DNA of 49,995 nt, taken from the sequence record NC_105507.1. One strand, given 5' to 3'. Position numbers and translations under genes: made by a program. The stretch's first letter is position 1, and every line of letters starts with the position of its first letter. Shown here piece by piece: positions 33,858-44,344 of the stretch. Origin of the DNA: a phage. The notes under the pieces are model-generated. The model did no database searches and was not told the origin of the DNA. It saw only the letters and a list, made by a program, of their open reading frames with translations.

Positions 33858-36539
33858 ATGGCTGAAAAATACGCTGGCCTAACGCTAGGCGTTGACGTGT
33901 CGCAGGTCAACAATGCTGTTAAATCATTGCAGCAATTCAAGAAGGCAAACGACGACGCAAAAAAAAGCGTTAATGAATTTGTTGATTCTGAGGTTGTGGC
34001 CCGACAGCAAGCAAAACAGCTTGCCGAAGAACTGGCGCGCCAGAAAGCAGAATTTAAGAAAATCCAGGAGTCAATTGATCCCACTGCATCAAAGATGGAT
34101 AAGCTGCGAAAGGCAGCGACACAGCTTGATGCGCTATGGAAAAAGGGCGTTGTTCCTGATCAGACTTTTTTTGAGCTTGGGGCAATTCTTGAGACGCAGC
34201 AAAACAAGCTGATCGCAACCAAAAAAGCGATGACAGAGGAAGGCCGCGCGGCGCTTGAGGAATCAAAGAACAAGGCGCGTGCAGCGGAAGAGGCTAAAAA
34301 ATTCGTCCAGGCTTTGCGTGAGCAGGAAGAAGCAGCAGGAAAAAGCAAGTCTGAATTGCTGGAAATGAAAGCGGCACAGCTTGGAGTTAGCCAGGAGGCA
34401 GCACCTTACATCGCAAGGCTGAAAGAGCAGGAAAAGCAGATCCAGAAACTTGGGATTTCTACAGGCCAATACAAACAAGCAATGGCGCAATTGCCAATGC
34501 AGATCACAGACGTGGTGACTTCACTTGCTTCTGGTATGCCAGTTTGGTTGGTCGCAGTCCAGCAGGGTGGACAGATCAAGGATTCTTTTGGTGGTGCATC
34601 CAATGCTTTAAAAGCGTTGCTATCTTTCCTGAATCCGGTAAACGTGGCGTTTGGCTTGCTTTCCGGCACACTGGCAATTGCTGCATATAATGCCTACAAA
34701 GCACAGACAGAGCTTGAGGCAATTAAAAAAACCGTTCAGGAAACAACTGGCTTGAGTGGTGAGTTTGCCGAAAAGATTGCTATAGGAATCCAGGAGCTTT
34801 CCGACAAGACAGGCGAAAGCGCCGAAGATCTGGCAAAGGCTTACATAACAACGAAAGACGGCGCGAGCGAGGCGATTAAAAAACTGGTTGACGTTGGCAT
34901 GACTTATGATGACGCAAAAAAGAAAGTCAACGAGTACAAGGGCGCGTCTAGCTTTGTCAGCTTGAATAACGAAATTGCAAACCACAAAAACAAAGTCCTT
35001 GAGTTGGGCGATTCGTGGTATGAGGTTTTGAAAGCGAAGCGTGATTACGCTTCCCCGTCCGGCGGCCTGTTAGGTAAGGAGCTTGGCTATGTTAACCCTA
35101 TGCTTAAGTTTGCACTTAACACTTATGAAGACATTGGAAAGGTCGTAAAAGATGCGAATAAGGACATGGCGGAACGAGCGGAGCGAATCGACAAAGAAAA
35201 CCTGGCCTTAAACAGAGTGCGCGCAGCACAGGAGGCTTTAAACAAAGCCATTGAGGATCAGAAAAATGTGGCGCGTTCGGCTGATGAAGAACTGAAAAAG
35301 CGCGCGGCTGAAAACGTGGAGTTTAGGCGCAAAGAGCTTGAGGAAATCAAGAAGCAGGAGCAGAAAAAGAAAGAGGCTAAAGGTGGAATAGTTCGCGGCC
35401 CGACTGAGCAGCTTGATAAAGAGTTGTACGTTTTAAAAGCGCAACTGGAGATGCTTAAAGAGCATCGCACTGTTAACGATGTTATTTCTCGCCAGCGTAA
35501 ATCATTATGGAGTATCGAAAAGCAGATCGAGATCCTGGAGGAAGCGCAGAGCAAGCGTAAATTGACCGGAGCGGAACAGGCGCTACTAAACGAGCAAAAG
35601 GCCGTTCTTGAAATGGCAAGACAAAAAGCTGAGCTAGGGGATCAGATTGTTTTGCAGGAGCGCAAAAACAAGCTGGAGCAAGATAGTCTTAAGTTTATCC
35701 GTGAAACTGAGGCTGCTATTGATGCGATTGGCCTTAAGCAACTTGGCTACACTGAAAAGCAGATCGAGCGTGAGCTAGAGTTACGCAAGCTGCGCACCGA
35801 CTACGAGGCGCAAGGCGGAAGCGTTAGCGACGAAGTTTTTCAGCAAATGGAGACGAAACTTAAGCTGTATTACCAGGCACAAGACGAGGCGCAAGGCAAC
35901 TGGTTAGCCGGAGCAAAGAACGCATGGGAGCTATTCGCGGAAGATGCAAACAATGCCTATGGCAATGTTCAGCAGATCGCAAGCGAGGCGTTAAACGGCC
36001 TTACAAACCAATTAGCGAATTTTATCGCTACTGGCAAGGCAAACTTTAAAGACTTCTCGACGGCTATCATCAAAATGATTATTCAGATGATCACGAAAAT
36101 GGTCGTCTTTAATGCGTTATCTGGCCTGATGGGTGGTCAAACCTGGACGATGGGGAGCTTGCTTAAGAATATTGGCGGATTTGCTGGCGGTGGATACACT
36201 GGCGACGGCGGGAAGTATGAGCCAGCCGGAATTGTCCATAAAGGTGAATTTGTCATGACGAAGGAGGCGACGCAGCGTATTGGGGTAGGAAACTTGTACC
36301 GCATGATGCGAGGCTATGCTAACGGCGGCGTTGTTGGTAGTTCCGGCTATACTGGCGGTGGCGCTGTAACTGGTGGAGCACCTCAATTTAACATCGGCGG
36401 GATTGATGTTAGCATCAATAACGGCAGCGATCCGAAGGGCATCGAAACTGGTGTTAAGATGATCTTTACTGATATGATTAAACGTTCCTGTATGCAGGGC
36501 GGCGAGGTTTACGAATTTGTTATGAGCAAGCGAGGTTGA
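33858..36539 (+). CDS. tail tape measure protein
   Basis: 893 aa, long coiled-coil Ala/Lys/Glu-rich region, Gly-rich C-terminus, synteny. Confidence 0.9.
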   Translation: MAEKYAGLTLGVDVSQVNNAVKSLQQFKKANDDAKKSVNEFVDSEVVARQQAKQLAEELARQKAEFKKIQESIDPTASKMDKLRKAATQLDALWKKGVVPDQTFFELGAILETQQNKLIATKKAMTEEGRAALEESKNKARAAEEAKKFVQALREQEEAAGKSKSELLEMKAAQLGVSQEAAPYIARLKEQEKQIQKLGISTGQYKQAMAQLPMQITDVVTSLASGMPVWLVAVQQGGQIKDSFGGASNALKALLSFLNPVNVAFGLLSGTLAIAAYNAYKAQTELEAIKKTVQETTGLSGEFAEKIAIGIQELSDKTGESAEDLAKAYITTKDGASEAIKKLVDVGMTYDDAKKKVNEYKGASSFVSLNNEIANHKNKVLELGDSWYEVLKAKRDYASPSGGLLGKELGYVNPMLKFALNTYEDIGKVVKDANKDMAERAERIDKENLALNRVRAAQEALNKAIEDQKNVARSADEELKKRAAENVEFRRKELEEIKKQEQKKKEAKGGIVRGPTEQLDKELYVLKAQLEMLKEHRTVNDVISRQRKSLWSIEKQIEILEEAQSKRKLTGAEQALLNEQKAVLEMARQKAELGDQIVLQERKNKLEQDSLKFIRETEAAIDAIGLKQLGYTEKQIERELELRKLRTDYEAQGGSVSDEVFQQMETKLKLYYQAQDEAQGNWLAGAKNAWELFAEDANNAYGNVQQIASEALNGLTNQLANFIATGKANFKDFSTAIIKMIIQMITKMVVFNALSGLMGGQTWTMGSLLKNIGGFAGGGYTGDGGKYEPAGIVHKGEFVMTKEATQRIGVGNLYRMMRGYANGGVVGSSGYTGGGAVTGGAPQFNIGGIDVSINNGSDPKGIETGVKMIFTDMIKRSCMQGGEVYEFVMSKRG

Positions 36540-36892
36540 TAATGAAGCTGGATCAGTTTAAGTGGTGTACGCAGGTTCAGAACGGCGGCGGGTCCATGAC
36601 GTCATCAAATAACGATCGAGAGATTGCATTCGGTAACGGATACACTCAGGTAGCATCTGGAGGTTTTAACACAATCAGGCGAGAGTTTAGCATTGTTTAC
36701 GCTGGGCTTGATTACAGAGATGTTGTCAAGTTCCTGAATGAGCACAGGCTAAAACCTTTCTTGTGGATCATGCCAGATGGAAGCCCTGGGTTGTTTAGGG
36801 TTAAAAGCGGTAGCGTCGGGCTTACCCCATTGTCGCCAACCGTTCAGGAAGTAAAAGCCACTTTTACGGAACAATTTACATCAATGCAGTAA
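36536..36892 (+). CDS. minor tail protein (lambda M-like)
   Basis: size and FGNGYTQ..FLW pattern comparable to lambda M; synteny. Confidence 0.85.
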   Translation: MIMKLDQFKWCTQVQNGGGSMTSSNNDREIAFGNGYTQVASGGFNTIRREFSIVYAGLDYRDVVKFLNEHRLKPFLWIMPDGSPGLFRVKSGSVGLTPLSPTVQEVKATFTEQFTSMQ

Positions 36893-36896
36893 TTTT

Positions 36897-36922
36897 AAAG
36901 CCGCCTTTGTGCGGCTTTTTTC
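36897..36922 (+). terminator. rho-independent terminator
   Basis: AGCCGC/GCGGCT stem plus T6. Confidence 0.6.
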
Positions 36923-36955
36923 TTGATGTTACAATGAGCAAAAAGGAGGTAGAAA

Positions 36956-37717
36956 ATGGCTAATAAAGAATCAGGTAGAGTTGAATTTGAGAACTGCCTA
37001 CAAAGTTTGTACCCAGGCGAAATTATAACGCTTGTAGAGATTGACGGGACGAAGTTCGGAGCAAATATTTACCGATTTCACAATGAGAACATCTCTTATA
37101 CTGCCGAGGAATTAATGCAAGCGCAGCAAACAGGAATCTTGCCGCCGAAAGATATTATTTTTCAGGGTGATGTTTACGGAGCGCGGCCCTTTGGTGTGAG
37201 CGGGATTAACTTCACAAGTAACGGCAGGGCAGATAAGCCTCAGCTTATAGTGTCAAACATTGACAGCAGGGTGAGCGCCATGATCAGAAATTACAATGGC
37301 ATGATGCAAGCAAAGGTGACTTTCTGGATAACGGCAAAGGAATTTATCGGAGAAGGCGGAGCAATCAAAGATGGCGCTTACAGAAAATTGGTTTATTACA
37401 TTGAGCGCCCAAGCCAGTACAATAGAGAGATAGCGAAATTTGATCTAACATCGCCTTACGATATGGATGGATTGATGATCCCGCCGCGCATCACTCAAAG
37501 CGTTTGCTATTGGGCGCAAAGGGGGTGGTACAGGAGCGGAAAGGGTTGCTCTTATAACGGATCGGCAATGTTCGATAAAGACAATAAGCCAGTAACAGAT
37601 CCATCACAAGACTATTGCGCCGGAACTGTAACGGCTTGCAAATTGAGATTCGGTCAGCAAAACGAGTTGGATTTCGGTGGTTGCGCGGTGGCGTCACTGC
37701 TACGGAGGAATCAATAA
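36956..37717 (+). CDS. minor tail protein (lambda L-like)
   Basis: C-terminal Cys cluster as in lambda L; synteny. Confidence 0.9.
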   Translation: MANKESGRVEFENCLQSLYPGEIITLVEIDGTKFGANIYRFHNENISYTAEELMQAQQTGILPPKDIIFQGDVYGARPFGVSGINFTSNGRADKPQLIVSNIDSRVSAMIRNYNGMMQAKVTFWITAKEFIGEGGAIKDGAYRKLVYYIERPSQYNREIAKFDLTSPYDMDGLMIPPRITQSVCYWAQRGWYRSGKGCSYNGSAMFDKDNKPVTDPSQDYCAGTVTACKLRFGQQNELDFGGCAVASLLRRNQ

Positions 37718-38448
37718 TGATTAGTGCAAAAATTAAACTTGAAATAATGCAGCACGTTAAAGAGGAATACCCTAAAGAGGCTTGCGGTGTCATAACTCAA
37801 AAGTCACGGGTACAGAAATATCACCGCATAACCAATGTGCATGACGATCCAGAAAATCATTTTGAAATGGACGCCGTAGAATACGCTGAATCGCTCGACA
37901 AAGGCGAATTAATCGCGGTGGTGCATTCCCATTGCGGGGATGGTGCTAGTACGATACCGAGCGCGCACGACTCATGTATGTGCGATGAAATGGGTGTATC
38001 GTGGATTATAGTTTCATGGCCCGAAGGTGATATGAGAATTGTCGAGCCGCAGGAGAGGCCGCTTATCGGTCGCCCGTGGTCGCTGGGGTCGTTCGATTGC
38101 TGGGGTCTTATCATGGCATGGCATAAACAGCACGGAGTAGTATTGAATGACTTCCGAAAGCCTTACGAGTGGTGGAAGTCAGAATATGGTGAAAATCTTT
38201 ACCAGGATAATTATTTGAAAGAGGGATTTGTTGAAACTAACGAGCCTCCAAAACCTGGTGATATGGTGATTATGCAACTATCATCACCAGTCTGGAATCA
38301 TGCGGGAATTTATTTGGGTAACAACCAGCTATTACATCATGCGTTTGGAAAGCTATCTCGCATCGACTTGTATTCTGGATGGTATCAGGAGCACACTGTA
38401 AAAATTTGCCGACATAAGGATCTGAAATATGACATTGAAAGTAATTAA
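37717..38448 (+). CDS. tail assembly protein (lambda K-like, MPN/JAMM plus NlpC/P60)
   Basis: HSHCGDG...SAHD JAMM-like motif and DCWG Cys; GGAGG RBS; TAATG overlap with L. Confidence 0.9.
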   Translation: MISAKIKLEIMQHVKEEYPKEACGVITQKSRVQKYHRITNVHDDPENHFEMDAVEYAESLDKGELIAVVHSHCGDGASTIPSAHDSCMCDEMGVSWIIVSWPEGDMRIVEPQERPLIGRPWSLGSFDCWGLIMAWHKQHGVVLNDFRKPYEWWKSEYGENLYQDNYLKEGFVETNEPPKPGDMVIMQLSSPVWNHAGIYLGNNQLLHHAFGKLSRIDLYSGWYQEHTVKICRHKDLKYDIESN

Positions 38449-39025
38449 ACTATCAGGTTCCCTGGGGCGTAGATTTGGCGTCTTTCACAAAATGGCGGTT
38501 GACTCATACCCCGAAGCAATACGCGCGTTATCTTCCCAGGTTGAAGGGTTCAAGGACTACATGCAAAGCGAAGTAGGATCGCGAATGAAGTATGCTGTAT
38601 TCGTTGATGGAAAAAACGTTGGTCAGCATGATGAAAAATCATGGAAGTGCGCGCGAGAGGTTCGAATAGTTCCTGTTCCAACTGGTTCTAAGTCCGGCGG
38701 CCTGTTCAATGTTGTTTTTGGTGCTGTAATTATGGCTACTGCGTTCATTACTGGCGGTGCAAGCCTGGCGGCTATGGGCGCTTTTGCATCTTCCGCATTT
38801 ATGATGGGTGGTGCTATCGCGCTTGGCGGTGTCATGCAAATGATCTCGCCGCAGCAGGGCGGAATGAAACTGCAAAGCCAATCAGCAGAAAACAAGCCTT
38901 CTTACGCTTTCGGCGGTGCTGTAAATACCACGGCGGCAGGTTATCCGGTTCCTTTGCCATATGGATATAGGACAGTAGGCGGCGCAATCTGGTCGGCTGG
39001 CAGCTACGCAGAAGATAAAGCATAA
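38429..39025 (+). CDS. tail assembly protein (lambda I-like)
   Basis: Gly/Ala-rich hydrophobic central region, synteny. Confidence 0.8.
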   Translation: MTLKVIKLSGSLGRRFGVFHKMAVDSYPEAIRALSSQVEGFKDYMQSEVGSRMKYAVFVDGKNVGQHDEKSWKCAREVRIVPVPTGSKSGGLFNVVFGAVIMATAFITGGASLAAMGAFASSAFMMGGAIALGGVMQMISPQQGGMKLQSQSAENKPSYAFGGAVNTTAAGYPVPLPYGYRTVGGAIWSAGSYAEDKA

Positions 39026-39055
39026 AAAAATACCCGCCTTGCGCGGGTTTTTTTG
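39024..39055 (+). terminator. rho-independent terminator
   Basis: CCCGC/GCGGG stem plus T7, flanked upstream by A7. Confidence 0.65.
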
Positions 39056-39103
39056 TGCATTTATAATGTGCAAACCAAGAAACAGCACAAAAGGTTAAAA
39101 GTC

Positions 39104-42100
39104 ATGGCTAAATATATGATAAGCGGCAGTAAGGGCGGAAGCAAAAAGCCATACGTGCCAAAAGAGATGGAAGATAACCTGATCTCGATAAACAAGATTA
39201 AAGTTTTGCTGGCTGTATCTGATGGCGAGTGCGATCCAGATTTCACGTTGCGCGATCTTTATCTTGATGATGTTCCGGTTATTGCCAGCGATGGCACTGT
39301 TAACTACGAGGGAGTTACGGCTGAATATCGACCAGGTACGCAGACGCAAGATTACATCCAGGGTTTTACTGACACATCAAGTGAGGTGACAGTTGCAAGA
39401 GATATTACAGGAGACAATCCTTATGTTATTTCTGTTACAAATAAAAATCTATCTGCGGTAAGAATAAAGATCCTGATGCCAGTAGGCATTAAAACAGAGG
39501 ATAACGGCGATCTTGTTGGCGTAAGGGTTGAGTATGCCGTAGATATGGCTGTTGATGGCGGTTCTTATAGCGAGGTTATGAGAGATGTAATTGACGGCAA
39601 GACAAGATCAGGATACGACCGCAGCAGAAGGATTGATCTTCCTAAGTTTGATGAGCGCGTTTTAATCCGAGTAAAGCGACTGACTCCAGACAGCACATCT
39701 TCAAAGGTGACTGATAAAATCAAGCTGCAAAGTTACGCTGAGGTTGTTGATGCAAAATTCCGCTATCCTCTGACTGGACTTGTATTCGTAGAATTTGACA
39801 GCGAATTGTTTCCTACGCAAATCCCTAACATTTCTATAAAAAAGAAATGGAAGATTATTAATGTGCCAAGCAACTATGATCCAATATCAAGAGAATATCA
39901 CGGGTCATGGGATGGGACTTTTAAAAAAGCGTGGTCAAATAATCCTGCTTGGGTTCTTTATGATCTGGTGACAAATCAGCGTTATGGACTTGATCAGCGA
40001 GAGTTAGGAATACAGATCGACAAGTGGAGCTTATACGAGGCGGGCGTTTACTGCGATCAGAAAGTTCCAGACGGTAAAGGCGGCACTGAGCCTCGCTACC
40101 TATGCGATGTGGTGATTCAGAATCAAGTTGAGGCTTATCAGCTAATCCGTGACATTTGCTCAATCTTTCGCGGAATGAGTTTTTGGAATGGTGAGAGCTT
40201 ATCAATCGTGATTGATAAGCCGCGCGATCCATCATACGTGTTTACTAATGAAAACGTCATCAACGGTGATTTTCAGTACACAAACGCAAGCGAAAAAAGC
40301 ATGTACACGCAGTGTAACGTGACGTTTGACGACGAACAAAACATGTATCAGCAGGACGTAGAGGGGGTTTTTGATACTGAGGCTGCATTACGATTTGGAT
40401 ACAATCCAACAAGCATTACAGCGATCGGTTGTACACGCAGGAGCGAAGCGAATCGTCGCGGTCGGTGGGTTTTGAAAACAAACCTTAGAAGCACTACTGT
40501 AAACTTTGCTACCGGACTAGAGGGGATGATTCCATCAATAGGTGATGTGATTGCTATCGCTGATAATTTTCAGAGCAGCAACCTAACGTTAAACCTATCG
40601 GGCCGAGTGATGGAAGTTTCAGGATTGCAGGTTTTCGTTCCGTTTAAGGTTGATGCTCGTCCTGGTGATTTTATTATCATCAACAAGCCGGACGGAAAGC
40701 CAGTTAAGCGCACGATCTCAAAGGTTAGCGCAGACGGAAAAACCATTGAGTTAAATATTGGATTTGGTTTTGATGTTAAGCCTGATACTGTTTTTGCGAT
40801 TGACCGTACTGACCTTGCGTTGCAGCAATACGTTGTGACAACTATCAGCAAGGGTGATGACGAAAACGAGTTTACCTATTCAATCACTGCTGTAGAGTAC
40901 GATCCGAACAAATACGACGAGATTGATTATGGAGTAAACATTGATGACAGACCGACTTCAATTGTTCAGCCTGACGTGATGGCAGCGCCTGAGAACGTTA
41001 AGATCTCATCTTATTCTCGCGTCGTGCAGGGTGTTAGCGTTGAGACTATGGTTGTTTCATGGGATAAGGTTCCTTACGCATCGCTTTATGAAATGCAGTG
41101 GCGAAAAGGTGATGGTAACTGGCTGAATACGCCGCAGACCGCTAACAAAGAGATAGAGGTAGAAGGGATTTACTCTGGCAACTACCAAGTAAGGGTGAGA
41201 TCAGTTTCTGCAAGCGGTAACGCTTCCCCGTGGTCAAAGATTGCAACCGCCACTCTGACAGGTAAAGTTGGAGAGCCAGGAGCGCCGATTAATCTTACGG
41301 CTTCTGATAATGAAGTTTTTGGCATTCGTGTCAAATGGGGTATGCCGGAAGGATCAGGCGATACGGCTTACATTGAGCTTCACCAATCGCCAGACGGAAC
41401 GGTTGAAAACTCAAGTCTGCTTACGCTGATTCCATATCCTCAATATGAGTATTGGCATAGCACGTTACCAGCGGGGCAAGTTGTATGGTATAGAATCCGC
41501 AGCGTTGACAGAATAGGCAACGTTTCAAGCTGGACTGACTTTGTTCGCGGCATGGCGTCAGATGACGTTGAATCTGTTTTGGGCGACATTCTGGACAAGA
41601 TTTTTGATACAGAAGCTGGTCAAGAAATCAAAGAGAACGCCATAGACAGTGCCAATAAAATCAAAGACCAGGCGCAATCAATCATACAGAACGCGTTGGC
41701 AAATGATGCAGATGTGAAGTGGACGCGAGTGCAAAACGGAAAGCGCAAGGCTGAATATGGTCATGCTCTTGAGCTTATCGCCAATGAAACAGAAGCGCGC
41801 GTAACTCAAATCGAAGAATTAAGGGCATCAATTGATGGCGAGATAACATCAAGCATCAAGACAGTGCAGGAGGCAATTGCCACTGAATCAGAGACGCGAG
41901 CGACTCAAATTCAGCAGCTTGATTCTAAATTCACAAAAGAAATCGACGGCGTGCGCAAGGATACTTCTGCAAGCATTAGCGATGTAAGGCAGACAATCAC
42001 TAACGAGTCAGAAGCGCGCGCTCAGGCCGTTCAGCAGCTTGACGCTAAGTTCACGAAAGAGATAAACGACCTTGACGGAGTTATCAAAACAGAAGTCGAG

Positions 42101-42682
42101 GCTAACATCTCAGAAGTGAAACAGGCGATCGCCAATGAGACAGAGGCAAGGGTTCAGGCTGACCAGGCATTAACAGCACGATTTGGCGACGTTGAATCTG
42201 CATTGGTTGAAAAGTTGGATTCTTGGGCGAGCGTTGATTCAGTTGGGGCTAAATACGCTATGAAACTTGGCCTTACTTACAAAGGCCAGCAATACAGCGC
42301 AGGAATGGTGATGCAGCTTTCGCAGGGTTCATCCGGCCTTATCTCGCAAATTTTGTTTGATGCTAACAGGTTCGCCATTATGACTAGCTCTACTGGAGGG
42401 ACTTTTACTTTGCCTTTCGTGGTTGAGAATAATCAGGTTTTCATTAATAGTCTTTTGGTGAAGAACGGTTCAATCACTAATGCGATGATTGGTAATGTGA
42501 TTCAGTCAAACAACTTTGTTCAAAACCAGCAAGGATGGAGGCTTGATAAAAACGGAATCTTTGAGAATTACGGATCAACGCCAGGAGAAGGAGCTACTAA
42601 ATTCACCAATGAGGGATTGAAGGTAAAAGATGCAAACGGAGTATTGAGGGTTGAAGTCGGAAGGATTACCGGAAGCTGGTAA
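39104..42682 (+). CDS. tail tip / host specificity protein (lambda J-like)
   Basis: about 1190 aa, synteny after I. Confidence 0.9.
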   Translation: MAKYMISGSKGGSKKPYVPKEMEDNLISINKIKVLLAVSDGECDPDFTLRDLYLDDVPVIASDGTVNYEGVTAEYRPGTQTQDYIQGFTDTSSEVTVARDITGDNPYVISVTNKNLSAVRIKILMPVGIKTEDNGDLVGVRVEYAVDMAVDGGSYSEVMRDVIDGKTRSGYDRSRRIDLPKFDERVLIRVKRLTPDSTSSKVTDKIKLQSYAEVVDAKFRYPLTGLVFVEFDSELFPTQIPNISIKKKWKIINVPSNYDPISREYHGSWDGTFKKAWSNNPAWVLYDLVTNQRYGLDQRELGIQIDKWSLYEAGVYCDQKVPDGKGGTEPRYLCDVVIQNQVEAYQLIRDICSIFRGMSFWNGESLSIVIDKPRDPSYVFTNENVINGDFQYTNASEKSMYTQCNVTFDDEQNMYQQDVEGVFDTEAALRFGYNPTSITAIGCTRRSEANRRGRWVLKTNLRSTTVNFATGLEGMIPSIGDVIAIADNFQSSNLTLNLSGRVMEVSGLQVFVPFKVDARPGDFIIINKPDGKPVKRTISKVSADGKTIELNIGFGFDVKPDTVFAIDRTDLALQQYVVTTISKGDDENEFTYSITAVEYDPNKYDEIDYGVNIDDRPTSIVQPDVMAAPENVKISSYSRVVQGVSVETMVVSWDKVPYASLYEMQWRKGDGNWLNTPQTANKEIEVEGIYSGNYQVRVRSVSASGNASPWSKIATATLTGKVGEPGAPINLTASDNEVFGIRVKWGMPEGSGDTAYIELHQSPDGTVENSSLLTLIPYPQYEYWHSTLPAGQVVWYRIRSVDRIGNVSSWTDFVRGMASDDVESVLGDILDKIFDTEAGQEIKENAIDSANKIKDQAQSIIQNALANDADVKWTRVQNGKRKAEYGHALELIANETEARVTQIEELRASIDGEITSSIKTVQEAIATESETRATQIQQLDSKFTKEIDGVRKDTSASISDVRQTITNESEARAQAVQQLDAKFTKEINDLDGVIKTEVEANISEVKQAIANETEARVQADQALTARFGDVESALVEKLDSWASVDSVGAKYAMKLGLTYKGQQYSAGMVMQLSQGSSGLISQILFDANRFAIMTSSTGGTFTLPFVVENNQVFINSLLVKNGSITNAMIGNVIQSNNFVQNQQGWRLDKNGIFENYGSTPGEGATKFTNEGLKVKDANGVLRVEVGRITGSW

Positions 42683-42710
42683 AAAAGGGGGCATAGCCCC
42701 CTTTAATTTT
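42681..42710. terminator. bidirectional rho-independent terminator
   Basis: GGGGGC ata GCCCCC flanked by A6 and T-rich run between converging genes. Confidence 0.7.
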
Positions 42711-43323
42711 AATCATAGTGTGATGCATTTATAACCAAAACAGATGAAGCGGTGTAAATACCAACAGGTCCAGGAGTTTGTGCAACCTGCCTAGAAAAAG
42801 AGTAGATCCCGTTACCATACGCGGCAGCTTGAGACTCAAAAATCATGAATCCACCTAAAGCCGGATTAGGAACAGAGTTTAATGCTGTCAGTGATGGCAT
42901 TATGGCGCAAGGATAGCCCATGTTAACATCAAATGCGATCCCGCTTACGCCTACTTGCTTTGCATCTAGCGGCCTCATTTTTCCATGATAAACCATTTCA
43001 CCATGAGCATTATAAAACGCTATGCCGTGACTACCTGGGGGAGTCACCATATTACTAAAAGCATAAACAATAACCTCACCCTGATTATCAGATCTATCAA
43101 GTCTTATTGCGTGCCTTCCACCATTGTTAAATTGCGTGAATGATATGTATGATTTAGCGGTCAATCTAACAAAGAAAAAACATACCCTATCAACAGGAAT
43201 TGACGAAGTAAAAACGGTTCCGGTATTAGCAGATATTACGGCCCGATCAATTAGATTAACTGGAGTGAAATCTGGACTTAACCATAACGATCCGTCTGAT
43301 TTTTTTATACTCATCCCGTACAT
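42709..43323 (-). CDS. hypothetical protein (reverse cassette gene 3)
   Basis: ATG 2 nt after upstream stop; track ORF starts at TTG 43335. Confidence 0.5.
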   Translation of the reverse strand: MYGMSIKKSDGSLWLSPDFTPVNLIDRAVISANTGTVFTSSIPVDRVCFFFVRLTAKSYISFTQFNNGGRHAIRLDRSDNQGEVIVYAFSNMVTPPGSHGIAFYNAHGEMVYHGKMRPLDAKQVGVSGIAFDVNMGYPCAIMPSLTALNSVPNPALGGFMIFESQAAAYGNGIYSFSRQVAQTPGPVGIYTASSVLVINASHYD

Positions 43324-43325
43324 TA

Positions 43326-43604
43326 TCACCCCCAAAAAGTATATATATATCTTGAATCAGATCCAGAAAGCCCACTCCATGTAACGGTGTCGCCACTTAC
43401 CCCTAAGTTTGGTGCGCCAGGGTCGCCACCACGCCAGGAATTCATGCCAACATATATTGCTTTCAATGATTTACCTGGCGGCCTGTTTTGGTAAGTCTTG
43501 CTACCTGATGGCTGAGTGAATTTATCAAGGAAGAAAACAGGCGTTAAAAGCCCTGTAACTTCCCTTCCTCGATCGTCATATATTGCATAACCATATTGCG
43601 CCAT
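43326..43604 (-). CDS. hypothetical protein with YDxxGR-like segment (reverse cassette gene 2)
   Basis: ORF; TAATG overlap with lipoprotein gene. Confidence 0.5.
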   Translation of the reverse strand: MAQYGYAIYDDRGREVTGLLTPVFFLDKFTQPSGSKTYQNRPPGKSLKAIYVGMNSWRGGDPGAPNLGVSGDTVTWSGLSGSDSRYIYTFWG

Positions 43605-43879
43605 TAATTACACCTCAAATCAATAAATTTACTTTCATTTTGCCAACGGTTGATAAATTTAACTTCTTTATTGTCAACGCTCAACCTGTATTGCTTTTGG
43701 CTGAATCTGTTTTCTCGGACTGCATTAATTTTGACTTCATGTAATCCGTTAACAGGGAATGTTTTAACGTTAAATTTTGCCGTGCAATCGATCTCCTTGA
43801 AGTTGCCAGTAGGCGACGCTGCGCATCCTGTCAGAGCGGCTACAGTGGCGATAACTGCGATTAACTTTTTCATCTTCAA
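43604..43879 (-). CDS. outer-membrane lipoprotein, Cor-like superinfection-exclusion candidate
   Basis: signal peptide with lipobox LTGC; AAGGAG RBS; placement next to tail genes as for cor. Confidence 0.65.
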   Translation of the reverse strand: MKMKKLIAVIATVAALTGCAASPTGNFKEIDCTAKFNVKTFPVNGLHEVKINAVRENRFSQKQYRLSVDNKEVKFINRWQNESKFIDLRCN

Positions 43880-43904
43880 TACTCCTTAGTTGTTGTTGGA
43901 TGCA

Positions 43905-43946
43905 ACTATACACGATCTTGGGCATCGCGTTTAGCAAAAAGTGCTA
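43905..43946 (-). promoter_or_regulatory. TAGCAC-box promoter-like cassette (variant) for reverse cassette
   Basis: revcomp TAGCACTTTTTGCTAAAC, TATAGT at 21-bp spacing, then AAGGAG RBS. Confidence 0.5.
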
Positions 43947-44059
43947 TTTGTTATTTTTTGTTTTCCGGTGTTATCGAATTTAAGACGGCGTAAATTTAGC
44001 GCAAAATTTAGACAACATAAGATCAATAAACAATCAACAAAATAGATATATACATATAA

Positions 44060-44205
44060 AATCAATAGTTTATTTATTTATGTATGTATATTTGTTTTTT
44101 CTTGTTATCTGCGTTTCTTGTGGTTTTGGTTGTTTGTGGTGATTTTTCTTTCTGAGTATCTGTATGTGCCATCATTCATGTGTATGTATATAATCCGGCG
44201 TATCT
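44060..44205. repeat. AT/GT-rich intergenic element, copy B (homologous to 14650-14810)
   Basis: same block order as copy A. Confidence 0.5.
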
Positions 44206-44316
44206 GAGAGAACATGGGAACAAGAAAAATAACACAAATTAATCATTAACTTATGAGTCAAATCTGTTTTCTTGCCATCTGAGAACGTTTAGAAAACAGA
44301 AAAAACAAAACAGCTA

Positions 44317-44344
44317 TTGACTAAATCAACCAAATGGCTACAAT
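44317..44344 (+). promoter_or_regulatory. sigma70-type promoter for recombination module
   Basis: TTGACT-16 bp-TACAAT about 30 bp upstream of AAGGAG RBS/ATG 44375. Confidence 0.6.

Noticed and set aside
33892-34985. Several 60-120 aa ORFs on both strands inside the tape measure gene
   Set aside because: Embedded in a long, well-supported coding region; typical spurious frames in Ala/Lys/Glu-rich coiled-coil sequence.
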